Assembly (NCBI GenBank): GCA_964016885.1
Contig: OZ024749.1
Coordinates: 47,368,001-47,432,000, forward strand
Length of the DNA stretch: 64,000 nt
DNA from: Eledone cirrhosa
Taxonomy: Eukaryota
Direction: 5' to 3'
In this document: positions 30,594 to 46,113 of the stretch, piece by piece
Layout: every line of letters begins with the position of its first letter
Position numbering within the stretch: the stretch's first letter is position 1
Notes under the pieces: generated by a model
Told to the model about the DNA's origin: nothing
Databases searched by the model: none
Seen by the model: only the letters and a program-made list of their open reading frames with translations
Made by a program: the position numbers and the translations under genes

Positions 30594-31892
30594 CGAAGGA
30601 AATGTGGTAAGTAACCAGCTGGACCATAACGCACCAAAGTACTCAATACTTAGGGTAGTAGAGTGGGTAATAGGAACAAGTAAGACCCCGACGGCTGAGC
30701 TCAAGCCGTTTCAATTCTGTAATAAATGAACATTTATTCTGGTATTTAAATAGCCGAACTTATCAAGGGGTAATTCCATATATGGACAAAGAGATAATCA
30801 CCAGGATTGGTCACATAACAAGTTAGTAGTAAATCTGTGATGGCAAGTTGGTGGGGGAAGGGGTAGTTAAACCTGCCGGTAGGAGAAAAAGGGTTAGGGT
30901 GTGGAGTAGACCCATTCATGCGTCGGTAGTGCCAGCTACAGCTGGGTGTGAGGTCAAAGAGCATACTGGGGAGGGGGGGGGGGGGCAGAAACGGTAAGTA
31001 GAACAATGAAAGGTAAAACTATAAAAGGTACTGAGAGAGAAAAGAAAATAAGCAAAATCTGGTTACTAAGACTTAAGTCTCTCGCTATTGCTAGGCTAAA
31101 GAAATACATAAATAAATAAAAAAATAAGTGAATAAAAGGATAGATAAATAAATTTAAAAAATATATATATATATATATATATATAATGTAGAATAAAAAA
31201 ATAAATAATAATAATAGAAATAAACTAGGTGGGACGGAAATAAGGGGACACTTATACGAGGTATAAGTGCGTGTATCGTACGGTGACTGGTCAAGAAAGG
31301 GGGGCCACAATACTAAGGAGACTACCACGAAAATAATAAAGGTTTCTACCCCAAACACAGGGCCAGCAACCAAATTCTACATTGTATATATATTTTTTTT
31401 TTTTAATTTATTTATCTATTCTTTTATTCACTTATTTGTTTATTTATTTATGTATTTCTTTAGCCTAGCAATAGTGAGAGACTTAAGTCTTAGTAACCAG
31501 ATTTTTCTTTTTTTTTTTCTCTCTCAGTACCTTTTATAGTTTTACCTTTCATTGTTCTACTTACCGTTTCTACCTCCTCCCCCTCCCCCTCCCCAGTATC
31601 CACTTAGACCTCACACCCAGCTGTAGCTGACACTACCAACGCATGAATGGGTCTACTCCACCCCCTCACCCTTTTTATCCTACCGGCAGGTTTAGCTACC
31701 CCTTCCCCCACCAACTTGCCATCACAGATTTACTACTAACTTGTGATGTGACCAATCCTGGTGATTATCTCTTTGACCATATATGGAATTACCCCTTGAT
31801 AAGTTCGGCTATTTAAATACCAGAATACATTTTCATTCAGTACAGAATTAGCCGTCGAAACGGCTTGAGCTCAGCCGTCGGGGTCTTACTTG

Positions 31893-31895
<3 letters not shown>
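30593..31895 (-). mobile_element. Family A long inverted-repeat element (~520-bp arms, ~180-bp spacer, ~80-nt tail) in (TA)n
   Basis: 30673-31194 is the reverse complement of 31374-31895; tail 30593-30672 matches 538-617; TA tracts on both sides. Confidence 0.88.
31791..31884 (+). ncRNA. type I hammerhead ribozyme with U3-A8 core variant
   Basis: Stem I ACCCC/GGGGT, core TTGATAA, stem II CGGCTA/TAGCCG with a large loop, GAAA, stem III CGGC/GCCG with TGAGCTCA palindrome, GUC site 31877-79. Confidence 0.75.
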
Positions 31896-31930
<35 letters not shown>

Positions 31931-34079
31931 GATTTTGTATATAATGATCGTGTATATATTTATGTATATACCTAAAACGATATATATATATGTGTGTGTG
32001 TGTGTTGTGTTCGAGCTTTTATATTTAGTCACATATTTATTACATTTATTCTCAACATATAAATTGATTCTTAGTTTGTTCTTTTTTTCATTTCTCTTGA
32101 TCCATCAATTTGTTTGTTTGGATTTTATATATTTATCTACTATACGTATATATATATATATATATTTTGTATCTCTTTACAAAAGAATTGTTGTAAAGAG
32201 ATTAGAAAAATCATCATGAATGAAAAGTGACGAAAACGTAAACATTTTGTATGCATATTTTTCAAGAATGACTGTATTGACTTCTTCGAATTTCGTTATT
32301 TGTTATACATAACATTCTCGCACACCTTTATTTGGAATGCATGAATATTTGAAAGGATATTAGCAAACCAGTATCGAATATTGTAATCTTATATTACTCA
32401 AATGTTCAAAATCTATGTATATATACTTGATATATGTTTCTTATTATACTTGGCTTACCCTGAATGTCAATGATGTTATATTACGTTCGCATCTGCACAT
32501 GTATGAATACAATATATGTGTAATACAGTGTAACCTCACTTTAATAATTAAATGAACCAACAATTACATGCATCCACAACATGATATGAATAAATACATT
32601 TATATTATGCCCTTCCCTTATTGAAACGTGATAAATGTGGCTGTCTAAATGTTGACTGCTATTTCAAAGAGAATGATTGAAAAGTAGTCCATTATTATAG
32701 TAAATAATCCCTGTACAGGAAATGCCAAATTTTCATATTAGTAAATGTTTTAATGCTCGGAATAATGTCAGCAATTGGATTAGAAGTGTAAAATCGATTA
32801 AATCGTATTACCTTTCGACCTCTGTAAATGTGTATGACAAAGATAACGTCGCAGGGATCGAAGCTATAATTTACTCGCTCGTAACTCTATCCCATAATCA
32901 TGTTGTCCTCCGACACGGCCCTGATATTAATGATGATAATAATCTGATGTTAGTGTATTTCTATGAATAGCAGACCGTCTTGATATTAATTGAATTGCAC
33001 TCATGCATTCAGAATACGTATAGTACTCATAGATTGATATAATATTTGTATTTCACAGGCCATGCGTTTTTATAAGTTTATCATTGATATATTCTATTAA
33101 ACTCTGTTTATATTTTATTTCAAATCCAGTAGAACATTTCAATAATCCTTTGTCCAAATCTCTTTGCCAGTATTATTTCCACATTCGTAAAATAATGTTT
33201 TACTATATTATAGTGTAATGGTTCTACAATCTTCTACTGATACCACGGGTTGCAAATAGTGACGGGTAGAATCGCACTAGGTATTGAGCGATATATCAGT
33301 GCTGAATGTCAGGCATCAATGTGAATATATTTGCTTCAATCCTATGTGGCAATGAAACATTGTTTACTTTCAGTTATAAACGAAAACATAAGTTACCAAA
33401 CAGTTTTCTGATAAAATATAGTTAGCCAGTTCTATTCAATAATACAAAGATAATTTCAGGAAAGTGGATATTTTAGGAAATGGTATATAACATATGAATG
33501 AACACGTAATATATCAAAATGAAATTAACATTATTCCATATGGCATGACATATTATTGTCTATTTTAAGATTACGTCATCTATAGATGCAAATCTAATAC
33601 GACCTAGTTTAATTATCGAAACCTAATGTTGAATTAATTGATATAATGAGATAATCAGGTATTACCTCGTGTTGAATATATTTTACCTATATAATATGTT
33701 TTTTTCTGGTAGTACTTTTGTTTAATAATATAATATGCCTTACAATATACTTTTTAATCTAACATAAATCGTATGTATCTAGAAATGCATTTATATATAT
33801 GCAGTTAATTCTCTATTGAATTATCAGAAGCAAACGAATCCCTAATTAGCTATCTATAAAGAGATTTGTAATGCCACTATTTCTACTGGCATAATTAATT
33901 GGATAGTTTAGCATACATATATAAGGAAACCCTAGCAATTGAATTGATTATTAAATTACATTAAAGTGTGTTAAGAGTGATTTATTTCAAAGTATTCTAC
34001 GCATGTAACGGTGTTAGGTTATAAATCACAAATTAGCACACACGAACACAACCACACATAAACATACGCAGATATGTAT

Positions 34080-34156
34080 AGACATATATAGATAGATAGA
34101 GAGAGAGAGATAGATATATAGATAGATAGATAAATAGATAGATAGATAGATAGATA
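34080..34156. repeat. (GATA)n/(GA)n microsatellite
   Basis: direct reading. Confidence 0.9.
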
Positions 34157-34444
34157 TTGACATATCTCAGTCTCAAATGGGCAAGGGTTTGCGCCTTAAC
34201 AATTTAGTGCCAGCAGCTAATTGCTCTGCAGCGACTGCTATGTCCGAACTTTCCAACACATTATTCCACCTTTTATATAGAACGACTTCATTTGAAAATG
34301 TTCTTATTAGTTGCAACAGAAGTTTCATTATTCGAGGATGCTTGTCTCCAATGTCAAATTTCATTTTCTCTTCCACTCACGCTATCCCCTTGCGTAGTCC
34401 TCGTCTCCGTAGAGGGAGATCATTATCGACGCCATTGAAACACT

Positions 34445-34680
34445 GTACTTGTCCTCGAGCTATTTAGCCGTTGACCAGTTCCCTTACAGTTATCCCCTTT
34501 ATCTTACAATGTAAGTTACCGAAACAGTGCAGATGTTGCTGTTGAACCAATGTGAATATGCTGGATATCTTGCCGCGGCTGACGACATCAGACTTGATGA
34601 CTCTTTCAGTCCACTGGATAAGCAAAATGTGACTCAGACTACTAATGTTGACGACACTGATAGTCATTGTATGATTTGCT
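34445..34680 (-). mobile_element. degenerate RTE-clade LINE fragment (post-RT region)
   Basis: LSHILLIQWTERVIKSDVVSRGKISSIFTLVQQQHLHCFGNLHCKIKGITVRELVNG*IARG parallels the RTE pattern LRRIL.I.W.D.V.N.EVL.RA...S...L..RRLRW.GH..RM......K.LLYG.L..G. Confidence 0.75.
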
Positions 34681-35398
34681 CAACATCTTGGTCGAATACC
34701 TGGTTTTCTTCAGACTGAATTCCTACTAGGGTCTCAACAATTCTCCACGTATTGTGTTTGCTGCTCAGTGAGCTGCCACTCATGCAGTGTTCGGGAACCA
34801 CAATTCACTGACGAAACCTGGATATCCTTTCAACTGTGGCCGATTAGACAGCTTCCCGTTTTAACAACTGTGGATGTAGACACTTGGTCCAACAGCATGT
34901 TTCATCATGACTGCAACAAATGTTGCAAAACGGGATGTGGGGCATCATATAACCGTTCTTAACACTGCTGCATATGCTAAACGCATAAACAAAGATATAT
35001 GTTTGAACGAAAATGTTCATATATTCGTGAACCGATTAGAGTATCCTGCGATGTTTTAGAGAAAAAACAATCTTCAAAGTTTTTAAATAGGTTTTCACTA
35101 CAAACTAGGTCAAATGCCTTCATTATCACGGCGAGGGCGATATAATGTGGTTGCCTTTGTTATCTGCACTTCTCCTGTAGTTGTCGAACGTTCTGAATTG
35201 AAACGACCTATGATTAAATGGATGACCTCTCAACGATTTGCTGTAGCCTGTTCAGTACGAACCAGAAAAGGACCTACGCAACTAGATGCAGTCACTCAGG
35301 ACTGGCGGGACTGTTCCTCTCTCCCAGCACTGACATTAGTAATGTTTATATCAGAATATGTAAACATATTAAAAACAGAATATTTACGTAAATATAAT

Positions 35399-35469
<71 letters not shown>

Positions 35470-37059
35470 CCATGTTTAAAATGAAAACACTCCAAATGAA
35501 CCCGGAAAAAATAGTTGTAGATCATTATAGAACGAAATGTATATTTTTTCTCCTTTAATATTTAAATGTCTAGAATAAATTGAATAATATCTTATAATAC
35601 AGATAATAAAACCCATATATCATTTATTATGTCGAAGAAGTATGAGATTGTTACATCAATTTTATCCTATCAATGCAGAGAAATATGTTTGTTGTTATGC
35701 TATATTTCAGTTGAAAAAATGACGTTATTTTGGTAAATATGTTTATGTCAAGGAACAATTAAATTGACAAATAATAGAGTTTAGTATATACTTCATTATA
35801 TATATGAATGTAAAAATATATGTAATTTGTTATTATGTTAGTTTCTACGTCAGTTCTAATAGAAATGGGAGAAGATCACCAGATTGAATTAGTGGAAACT
35901 AATATAAACCGCTTCTTTATTAGTCGGGTATGTCACACCACGTAGGAAGCATATTAACCCCGTAAATGTTTCTATATTATGATGTATGTTGGTTCAGCAA
36001 GGGCAGGTGAATATACGATGCTGGTCACCAAGGCTAAATACAAAACATTCTGACCTACACTGTATAGGCTGAAGACTGCACAGTGCATTCTACATGTAAA
36101 CAGAGTTCCACTGATACAAGTAGTGCCTCCATTTCAACCTGCACTGTGTAATTTTGCGATGTGTTGTAGTCCATAAGAGATCAATTCCCGCAAAAAGATA
36201 TTTACATATCATTCAGCAGATATTAGCAATCGGGTATAGGGAAAACATTCATCAAAGATGCGATACATCTAACATTAGCATAGGTCTATAAATGTTATAA
36301 ACGAGTATTGGTAAGGATGTTACATATCCTGTATAGATTGCAAGTCTTTTTATTAAATTTTCCGCTGTCATTCGTATCATATTTCTGATTTCAATAAGAT
36401 ATGTACACGATAGGATCATTTCCTCCAATAGCCTTGTGCGTATTATTGTAATACTCTCTTTCTATACACTACTTAGTGAGGGAAACATGATGTAATGTGC
36501 CGTGATGCCGTCTGAGGATTCGTTATCCTGTGTATTGTGTCTATTGTATGTAAATTATGCCCCATATCTGTATTTCCCTGTAGTGCTATTTTCTGCGTGT
36601 TAAGTATATGTGATATCCATGTTCATATCATTGAATATTTGACAGTATACTTTTTCGCTTTGAACATATTTTATGGATTACCTTTAGTTTCAATCCGATC
36701 ATATATACTGGGAATGTTTACAAGAAGTGGTTTCTGTTGAATTTCAAACACGAGTTGATCATTTTTTCATATTAAAATTTACCAATAACATATGGCCTTT
36801 CTTTCTTATTCTATCGATAGCAATCATGATGAGGTAGAGCATAATAATTTCCGTTATTTGATTATTCTATATAGTGTGCATATATGTTATAACATATTTA
36901 TATCTCTGGCTATGGCATTCATCGATAAACAAATTAGATTTTATATATTATATACAATAATGTTTGAATTTATTTAATAACCTGCAATTATACCGTTAAT
37001 ACATTTCGTATGCTTTATGGCATTTGTTCATTTGAATGTGATATTTACCAGGCTGCAGC

Positions 37060-37165
37060 TGCTGCGTCGAACGAGTGTATGGCCCTGGTAGGAGGATCGC
37101 CGCATGCGCTGGTATGGGCACGACCTCCTCCCCCCACCAGGTCTTAAGAATGCATACCCTATATT
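37060..37165 (+). mobile_element. short RTE-like LINE relic
   Basis: EDRRMRWYGH resembles the RRLRWYGH motif; isolated GC-rich patch. Confidence 0.45.
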
Positions 37166-37661
37166 CCCTAATTGTATACGTTCAAAATTACATTCATACC
37201 GAATGGATTTTAACTCCCAATATATACGTGCACCTAGTGGTAGTTTTCTATGTTGGGTTGGATTTGGTTGTAAAATATATGTGTAATGGAAACGTCTTAC
37301 TCTCGTGTCAATTTATTCCTGTCATGTGTTATTTGCAGCATACGAAAATTTACTATCATTTTACTACATATTTATTACGTGTAAGCTTAAAGTATATACC
37401 TTCAATTATTATATCTTATACGCTGAAATTCAACGTGCAACGTGTACGTTTCTGATATGAAGAGATGATACGATTTTCATTCTATTGGATTTCATTCCAA
37501 ATGAATTATACCTGCTGGTTCGAACTAAATATAGTTTGAAAGTGTAGCTAATCACTGTATATCACACTAATTGCAGGAAATCGGTTGAACAATATAAAAA
37601 ATATTACATCGATTTTCGGTGAGGATTCTATATAAATACTAGCGAAACATAGTAGTGTTAA

Positions 37662-37673
<12 letters not shown>

Positions 37674-37708
<35 letters not shown>

Positions 37709-37752
37709 CACTACTACTGGTGCTACTACCGAGGCTGCTAATACTACTATTA
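37674..37752. repeat. (CTA)n microsatellite
   Basis: direct reading. Confidence 0.95.
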
Positions 37753-38900
37753 CCAGTATATCTGATGAAACGTGAGAATTGTAAATTTCAGTTTTAAATT
37801 AGGGTATGTGTCAAACTAAATCTCAAATCTCCGATCGACGTGATGGAAAACAATGTTAGTTGTACAGTGAGCTGCTATATGTCCATTGAACTGAGTTGAG
37901 CCAGGTGGAGTTGTCATGCAATGCCCGCAAACAAATCGCCTAGTGATACCACCCGATGCACAATAATTTGGACAGTTGATGTGATGAATTCCTTCTGGCT
38001 CTCTTCTAATGAGGATAGATAATGATCAATTCCGAGCCGACCCAGGTTATGCCAGCAATAACCATGTCATTGATGATTGCAGTTCCATTTACAGCAGTGG
38101 TATACAAACTGATCAGTAGGAAAGAGAACGACCATTGTACATCAAGGTGATTCCTGATGCCATAAACGTCAAGAACAGCACTCATTAGTCTCTATCCAGT
38201 TTATACTTTCTATGGGTACATTAAAAGATATATTAACATTTTAATTTCTCTGATTGGAGATCTAATCCCAAGCTTGTACGTCCCACTTTAAGCAGAGCTG
38301 TTGATTGTTTCTCTTATTAAATTGACATATTAGGTCAAGAGAATATCCTACGCAGCGTATTGTCTTTTATTCCGAGAGCTGCTCACTCTGCATCAACGCT
38401 AATGTGATTCACCATCCCTCTATATTATAATAATAATCATAATAATAATAACTTCTAGAATAAATGTAATTTCCAACTGTATATTTTACTCGAACGCTTT
38501 TAATTTTGCATCTGAATTGGATGTTTGAAACAATTAATAATTCTCCCGCATTCACTTAAGATCGATATTTGAGGTGCTTAAAATTAGCCCATTATTCGTA
38601 AAAGCTGGGGATTGCTAGTTACGCGCAGAGACAAAAGTAAAACATTTATGCAATTCATGGAATTCTAAGAAAGAGACAAGAGGGAATACATAAAGAAATG
38701 TAGGATTCTCTAAAAAAGTAAAACATTACTCTAGTGACAGAGGAAATGGTGCGTTGAGAATATAAAACAAATCATTATTTTGAGATGTGTCTATTTAATG
38801 GAATGAAATTGCTTTTTCCTTTAAAACCACGGGGAACATATATTCACACTGAGTAGAAAATTTAGATAAATGTTCTGATATTCTGTTATTACTCAAGTGA

Positions 38901-38974
<74 letters not shown>

Positions 38975-40423
38975 TATATGCATATATAGATTCACGCACT
39001 CGCACACGGACGCACACACGCACACGTGTATATAGATGTATATACACACACAATGCCAGAAAGAGAGATGCATTAGGTATTAAAGCGTGGCGAAGCTGCA
39101 GCACTGATATAAATATTCATACATGAGAGAAAGTGCTCAATCGCCTTGTTGTAGCTTCACCACACTCTAATTACTAAAAGCACTTTCTCTCTCACATTTT
39201 TAATATACTTTTCTTTCTCTCTTCCTATCCCTTATTCTATTTTGATATATACTTGTGTCTGTGCATGTATGTGTTTGCATCGTAGGAAGGATAGTTATAT
39301 ATGGTATTATTCAAATGATGCGTATCTATGTAATTTTACATATATGTATATATGTACGTGTGTGTACTTTATATGGATGCAATCTGTTTTTCTGCGGCTA
39401 TTTTTCTAACACATTACAAAATTTTGCCAGCAAATTATGTGCCAATTTCTTATATTTAAAGCAGAATATTTATCTCATGTTTGTTGTGTTCAAGTAGTAG
39501 TTTCCTGTACTGTTATTGTTAACTCGGTTGTTATGGCCACACACCTTTGTCCAATCGTTACCTCCATTGCTTGCGATAATTATTTAAACAGTTGATTTCA
39601 CGCTGACTCTCAGACAAAACGTTTGTTAAGTCACTGTGCAAGTGATATATTTATTTATTGCTGCGTATTCCACTGTCAGTTGTACTTTCAAGGTATGTGA
39701 TTGTGCGACCCAAGAAACGTTGTTTCAATTTGTCTTTCCAAATGCTAATGCTATCTACCTGTCTCAAATCAAGGAAGAGGGAGTAACGTGTAATAGTGTC
39801 GTGCTCAAGGATTTAACACATCTCACAATCTCACGATTGCGAATCAAGTTCTCTAAGCACGCAGTCACACGCCTTTACTACCGAAGAAACTATACATACA
39901 TACCCAAATAAATGTGTGAATAACATATGTTTTTAGATTATATAGTAAGGAATATTTATGGATTGAATGACATTCTGTACTTACATGAATATAATCACAT
40001 GTTTTTGAACATTGCTTTGATTTACACATAACACAAACATAATTTGTACAGCATTTGAACAATATTTTCTATCGGAATCACTCTCAAATGAGGCGTCTGA
40101 TATATAATTCATCATTTCTGCTGCACATTCAACCGGACAATATAAAACCGACTAGAAAATTAACTTGCTGCCAATTTCATTCATTGGGTTTAGAGAGAGA
40201 GAGGGCAATGTTTCAATAGTTACAAATATGTGTATTATATGAGGCAATTATATTAAATAAAGCAACCATACACAACGTCCACATATATATATATGTAAAA
40301 CCAAGAAAGTGTTGGTAAAATCCAGTACATCAGTATCCGAATAGGGATCACTCAACGAATATATCAAGGCTCTTAAACCATCGACACCAAAAACACAGAG
40401 GTGACATATCTAAGAACTGACTA

Positions 40424-40479
40424 ATTGTCTGATGAGGTCATAGTCATTCAATGGCTACCATCGAAATATATATAACAGT
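40424..40479 (+). ncRNA. minimal type I hammerhead ribozyme within a TA-flanked insert (~40296-40524)
   Basis: ATTGT-CTGATGA-G..TAGTCATT c AATGGCTA..C-GAAA-TATATA-TA-ACAGT; downstream TGAGT, then (TA)n. Confidence 0.72.
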
Positions 40480-40537
40480 AAATAGAGGATTATGAGTTCA
40501 TGCAATTGACTTATGTTTCGTCACTATATATATATAG

Positions 40538-41240
<703 letters not shown>

Positions 41241-41264
41241 TGTATTTATTTATTTATATATGTG

Positions 41265-41447
41265 TATGCCGGGTTCAAACTGGGGTAACCACGGTAAGTA
41301 AGGTACTCAATATATAGCAGAATGTAAATGTTTAATATAGAAATGGCTTCTACAGGACTAGAACAGTTTCCTTCGAAGGAAATGATCAACATTTCCTGAT
41401 GATTTCCTACGAATGAAACAGTTCTTGTACCTGTAGAAGTCATTTCT
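41265..41447 (-). mobile_element. Family C fold-back element, opposite orientation, diverged
   Basis: Tail (AGGTACTCAATA) on the left; right arm keeps ATTTC-CTGATGA-TTTC ctac GAAT-GAAA-CAG..CTG-TA-GAAGT at 41391-41440. Confidence 0.82.
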
Positions 41448-44400
41448 TATATATATATAATGTAATGTTAATACATGTCAAAACAAACTAGAATGACAAT
41501 AAAAACTGAATGTTACTGTCGTGATTTCTACTTATGTTTATGATATGAATTTGCTTTTTGAGTTACATTAACTGATCGTGGTGCGTTACATGACATCCAC
41601 AGCACGCAATATCACGTCTATGAAATTAAGACGTATGCATGTCCATAGGTGTAATCATGAAGCAGATAAACATTTAAAAAAAAATACTCAATGTTTATTA
41701 CTTTAGAAAACTCCCGGTGTGATTTTAAAATTTACATCACCAAGACTTTAAAAGAAACGCCCAAAATAATGAAAAACAATTTCCCATTTAATATTGAATG
41801 GATTCTCAGCTGAATAAATATTATACCATTTTACATCAATGTATTGAATATAATAGTAGAATCATGTTCGAATAGAATTCCTATAAATTAGTAGCTAATA
41901 ACACCTGTTCGACTACAAGGAATATTAGAATAAAAGATAACATTTTATCTGGCGGTGCAACATCACTACAATGTTTAAACGTGAGTCTTTGTTAGATTTA
42001 CAGGAAATGTTTAGTTTCAATATTCTCCCAAACACAAAAACTCGGTTGGGATGCCCGTTCATTCTCTTGCTTTTTTTTGTTTGTTTTTTTGTTGTTTGTT
42101 GTTATTTGTTTTATTATTGGTTCCTTGTTCTGCTTTCGTTTTCTTTTTTTTCTCTTTTGCGATTTTTTTTCTTTTTAACCATCTGTTAATATCACTGAAA
42201 TGGTAGTTATTAACACATCTGTAATCTCTAGGATATCTCTTACGGCATAGCTCATCAGCAGTTGGTTTGTCTCTGCTGTACACGTTCATATACGACTGTA
42301 TATATATATTCGATTAACCATAAAAGCGACTTTAACAAAACGAAGTCATTTTTTTTCAGTTACATGCGTTATATGCTATTTCTATTCATGGGATTATGTT
42401 GGTTTTATTCCTTTATGCTATATATTCATGTGCGACTAGCCGCTCTCTCCGATCCAAATGTAAATAAAATGTGTTTTTAGGCAAGCATCGCCTTGTCTAT
42501 GTCGGAAGTAGTTCCTTTGTGCTATAATCATGTTTATTCAGTTTATTTATCTAGAATATTATTATTTTGCATGGTTAATCTCTGAAATAAAATTGAATTA
42601 TTTTTATAGTGAGTAGAATGAGAAGCATTGCAATCAGTATTTAGCACAGATATCTTCTCCTTTTAAATATACTTTATCGATATTCAAAGAAATACTATTC
42701 AAACGCCTCTCTCAGTGCACTTGTTGATAATTCATTACTGTCGCCGTAGAGAAGATGTCACAGAATTTCTGAAGCGCTTTTTCATATTTTGAAGTGATTT
42801 AAGGCTTCTCTCGACATATTTTCAGTTGATATATTGTCTGGAGTTTAAACAAGATATCATTCACTCTTTCTTTTCTAATATTACTGTTTCAGGAAGAGAA
42901 ATTGAAAATGTCAAATCAAATGCCATCTTTATTTCAATGGCTCAAGGGACAGGTTATTGATCTTTCTCCTGATGTATTTCCATTATTCTAGACAGCTGAA
43001 GTATTATAGCTGCCCTAGCTTCTATTTACGTTGTCATCACAATGCATTTAATGAAAATAGAACATATACGATAGGTTTCAGCCATATTTGCATTCCACTC
43101 TGACATCTCATTCACACGCATAACGAAAAGCATACTTCCTTTTCATTTTATGAACAAACATCTACAGCGATGGAAATAAATATGTTAGAATAAAAGGTGA
43201 AGGGAGGTTATAGATTATTTTGTTCTTTGCATTCAAACACTTAATTGCAGAACTTGCGAGTGCGGATAATTGGGAATATACACAAACGAGTTAGAACGAA
43301 TTAAACACATTTCATCACGCAGTCCAGAATTTCAGAAATAAATGGGAAATAATGTTCATGTTGTGTTTTGATTAACCTGTGACATTTTGATATTTGTATT
43401 TATTTTTCTTGTCGTTTCATATTATTGATGCATATTTTTCTTTTGGATGTTGATGTATTCAATTTAGTTTTCACAAATACATTTTAACTTCCCAAGGTTA
43501 TGTAAACAAACAATTTGAATAGGCGTTAATAGTCAGAATTGTATTAAAATCCACGCTCCCATAGCATATGTACTGTTCTAAATAAGCCGTATTATTTATT
43601 TGAAATCGGTACCTGAAAATGTGCGCCGTCCAAGTTAACATTCGATTAAACGGATTATATATCTTATATGTCACTGGTTTTTACAGGGAGGCACGGTTCC
43701 TAAAGCTCTCAATGCATTAACTCCATATACACATGACCTCAGAAAACAATGTGTCTTAACATGTAGACCATGATTTGGCTTGAAACTACTCGTACTCTAG
43801 TGTAAAGTAAAACACATTAAAATTACGAAGATGTTAGATATGTTAATGCGCACTTTCATCCCCACCCTATGTATATATATATATGCATATGGCAGACATA
43901 GGTAACATCGGTGGGATATGATCTCAGAAAACTAAAACGAATACGGCAAAGCATTCTCTCCGACGTTCTAACCCCGACTACGCACACATGCACCCACATA
44001 CCTATCCTCCTACATAACCTCCTACCTACATACGAGTGTGGCTCGATACATATGTTCGTAGGTGTTTGAATGTTATTTAATAAGATCAAATTATTTAATT
44101 CATTGTCATTTTATACTGAAAAAAACTATTGTTTGTTCTTTTTGTAACGGCAATTAATGAATTACCGTTTCTGACAGAGTGTCCCATTTATTCAAAAGCA
44201 TAGCCATAATGATAATCATCTTTGCATAACAATGTCCTGCATTCTGCTTTGGATCAATGATGTGCCAAGTACTTCAAATAAGATGTATTAGAATTAGAAT
44301 TTGTTAAGAATAAAGAAAATCTAAGCTTCATATTCTCCGAGAATACTGTGGATATTTTGATGGAATGGACTATATTTTTTTCTCATGGGATGAGTCAATG

Positions 44401-46015
44401 ATGTTTGTATGAATAGGGAATGACTTTTGAAAAAGCCTTCCTTTTAATTTCCTGTTTTCACAGTCTTCTTGCCAACTATTTGTGCCCGACGTCATAAATT
44501 GCGGCGCTGGTGCACACCACTACACACTCATTTTCAATTCACTTTGTTGGATGAAGAACACTACATCCGAAAATTACATTTGATCTTCAGATCAATGATA
44601 TTCATATTGGAAACGTATAAAGCTGGAAACAAAACAAATATCTGATGCTGTAGGATATCTGAGCGCTCCAATTATTTCATATTTCAAGAAATTCTTTCTG
44701 TCACCGAGGTCATTTATTTTAATAATTAAGAAAGGAACATGACTCGTTAGTGTTCATATCTTGATATGTCTCTGGGTATAGTGTTGGCAAATATAATTCG
44801 CGTTTCGATTTGGAATATCGTATATAATTAGAATATGAAATGTTACTTACATAACGTACACATTAGTAATTTTTAGTTTCGCCGATTACATTGACGTAAA
44901 TATATATCGTAAATAATGTGTTAAAATATGAATCATTTTGATGTTGTTATATCTTTATATTGACGTTATTCATAATCCTCAAATTTAATATAAACACGCG
45001 TTGCTTTAATTCACTGATCAATTATCTTTTTGGTAAAAGTTTGTGATTAATATGTTAAATTATCTTCATATGTTCATTATGAATTATAGTAAAGAAAGTT
45101 TAGATTCTCAGAATATAAAACGGAGAGTGGGCAATATGGGCATCATCATCCCAGGTAGAGGAAACATAATTTGGGGCGAATTATTACCATATGCGTTGCT
45201 TATCCATTTCTTGCAACTTTTGGTGGTGGTGAATACAAAAGTTACAGCTGAGATGTGTGAAAGAAAATACTCACTTCATAAACACGTATACTGATGCAGT
45301 AAATGAGTAGTGTAGTCAAAACATGAAAGAATATATTGTGTGTACTGAATTGAAGAGATCTAATGAGATAAATCTCGTATTACAAAGGGCGGATACAATA
45401 TCAATACATTGGTTGTCATAATTGTATTAAATACGCTATGTTGTGTATAATCATTACCGATAAGAATTGTTATAAAGAGGAAAATGCACGCCCGCCTATT
45501 ATGTTAGTGATATAGTAATATTTGATTTCAATTCAATTTGTGCATCAAATTTTATTTTAAAACTTATAATTTATAAGATTCAAAACTATTTAAACGTAAG
45601 CAGTTACATTTTTTAGATGTTCAAGTCATACAAACGAATATATGATTTTGTCATTACTCGACATATGTTTGGTTTCTTTGGACATTTAATTAATGTTATA
45701 ATATTAGGAGTTACTATATATATTGAAATAAAACGGATCATATAGAATGATTTCTTTTTATACACATCGTATCACAGAAACTTGTGAGGAAATTATACGC
45801 AAAATAATTTTATAATTCTTAGTTGTAAACATACATAACAATCTAAAGATTAAAAATAGAAAATTCATATTAACATTGCTGAATTTCTGAAAGTAAAACC
45901 TATTTATTTAGAGAAATGAAAACAATTATATTATGATGTTTTCGATTTATTTTCCGATTAATGCGTTTAGAACTCAACATAGCCACTCTCTCTCACTCGC
46001 TCTCTCTCTCTCTAT

Positions 46016-46110
<95 letters not shown>

Positions 46111-46113
<3 letters not shown>

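Noticed and set aside
35114-35400. 121-aa ORF as a host exon
   Set aside because: No recognisable domain; runs into (TA)n; adjacent to a LINE relic
37870-38170. Possible RTE-X relic (RRFVCGHC on the minus strand)
   Set aside because: Single weak motif only
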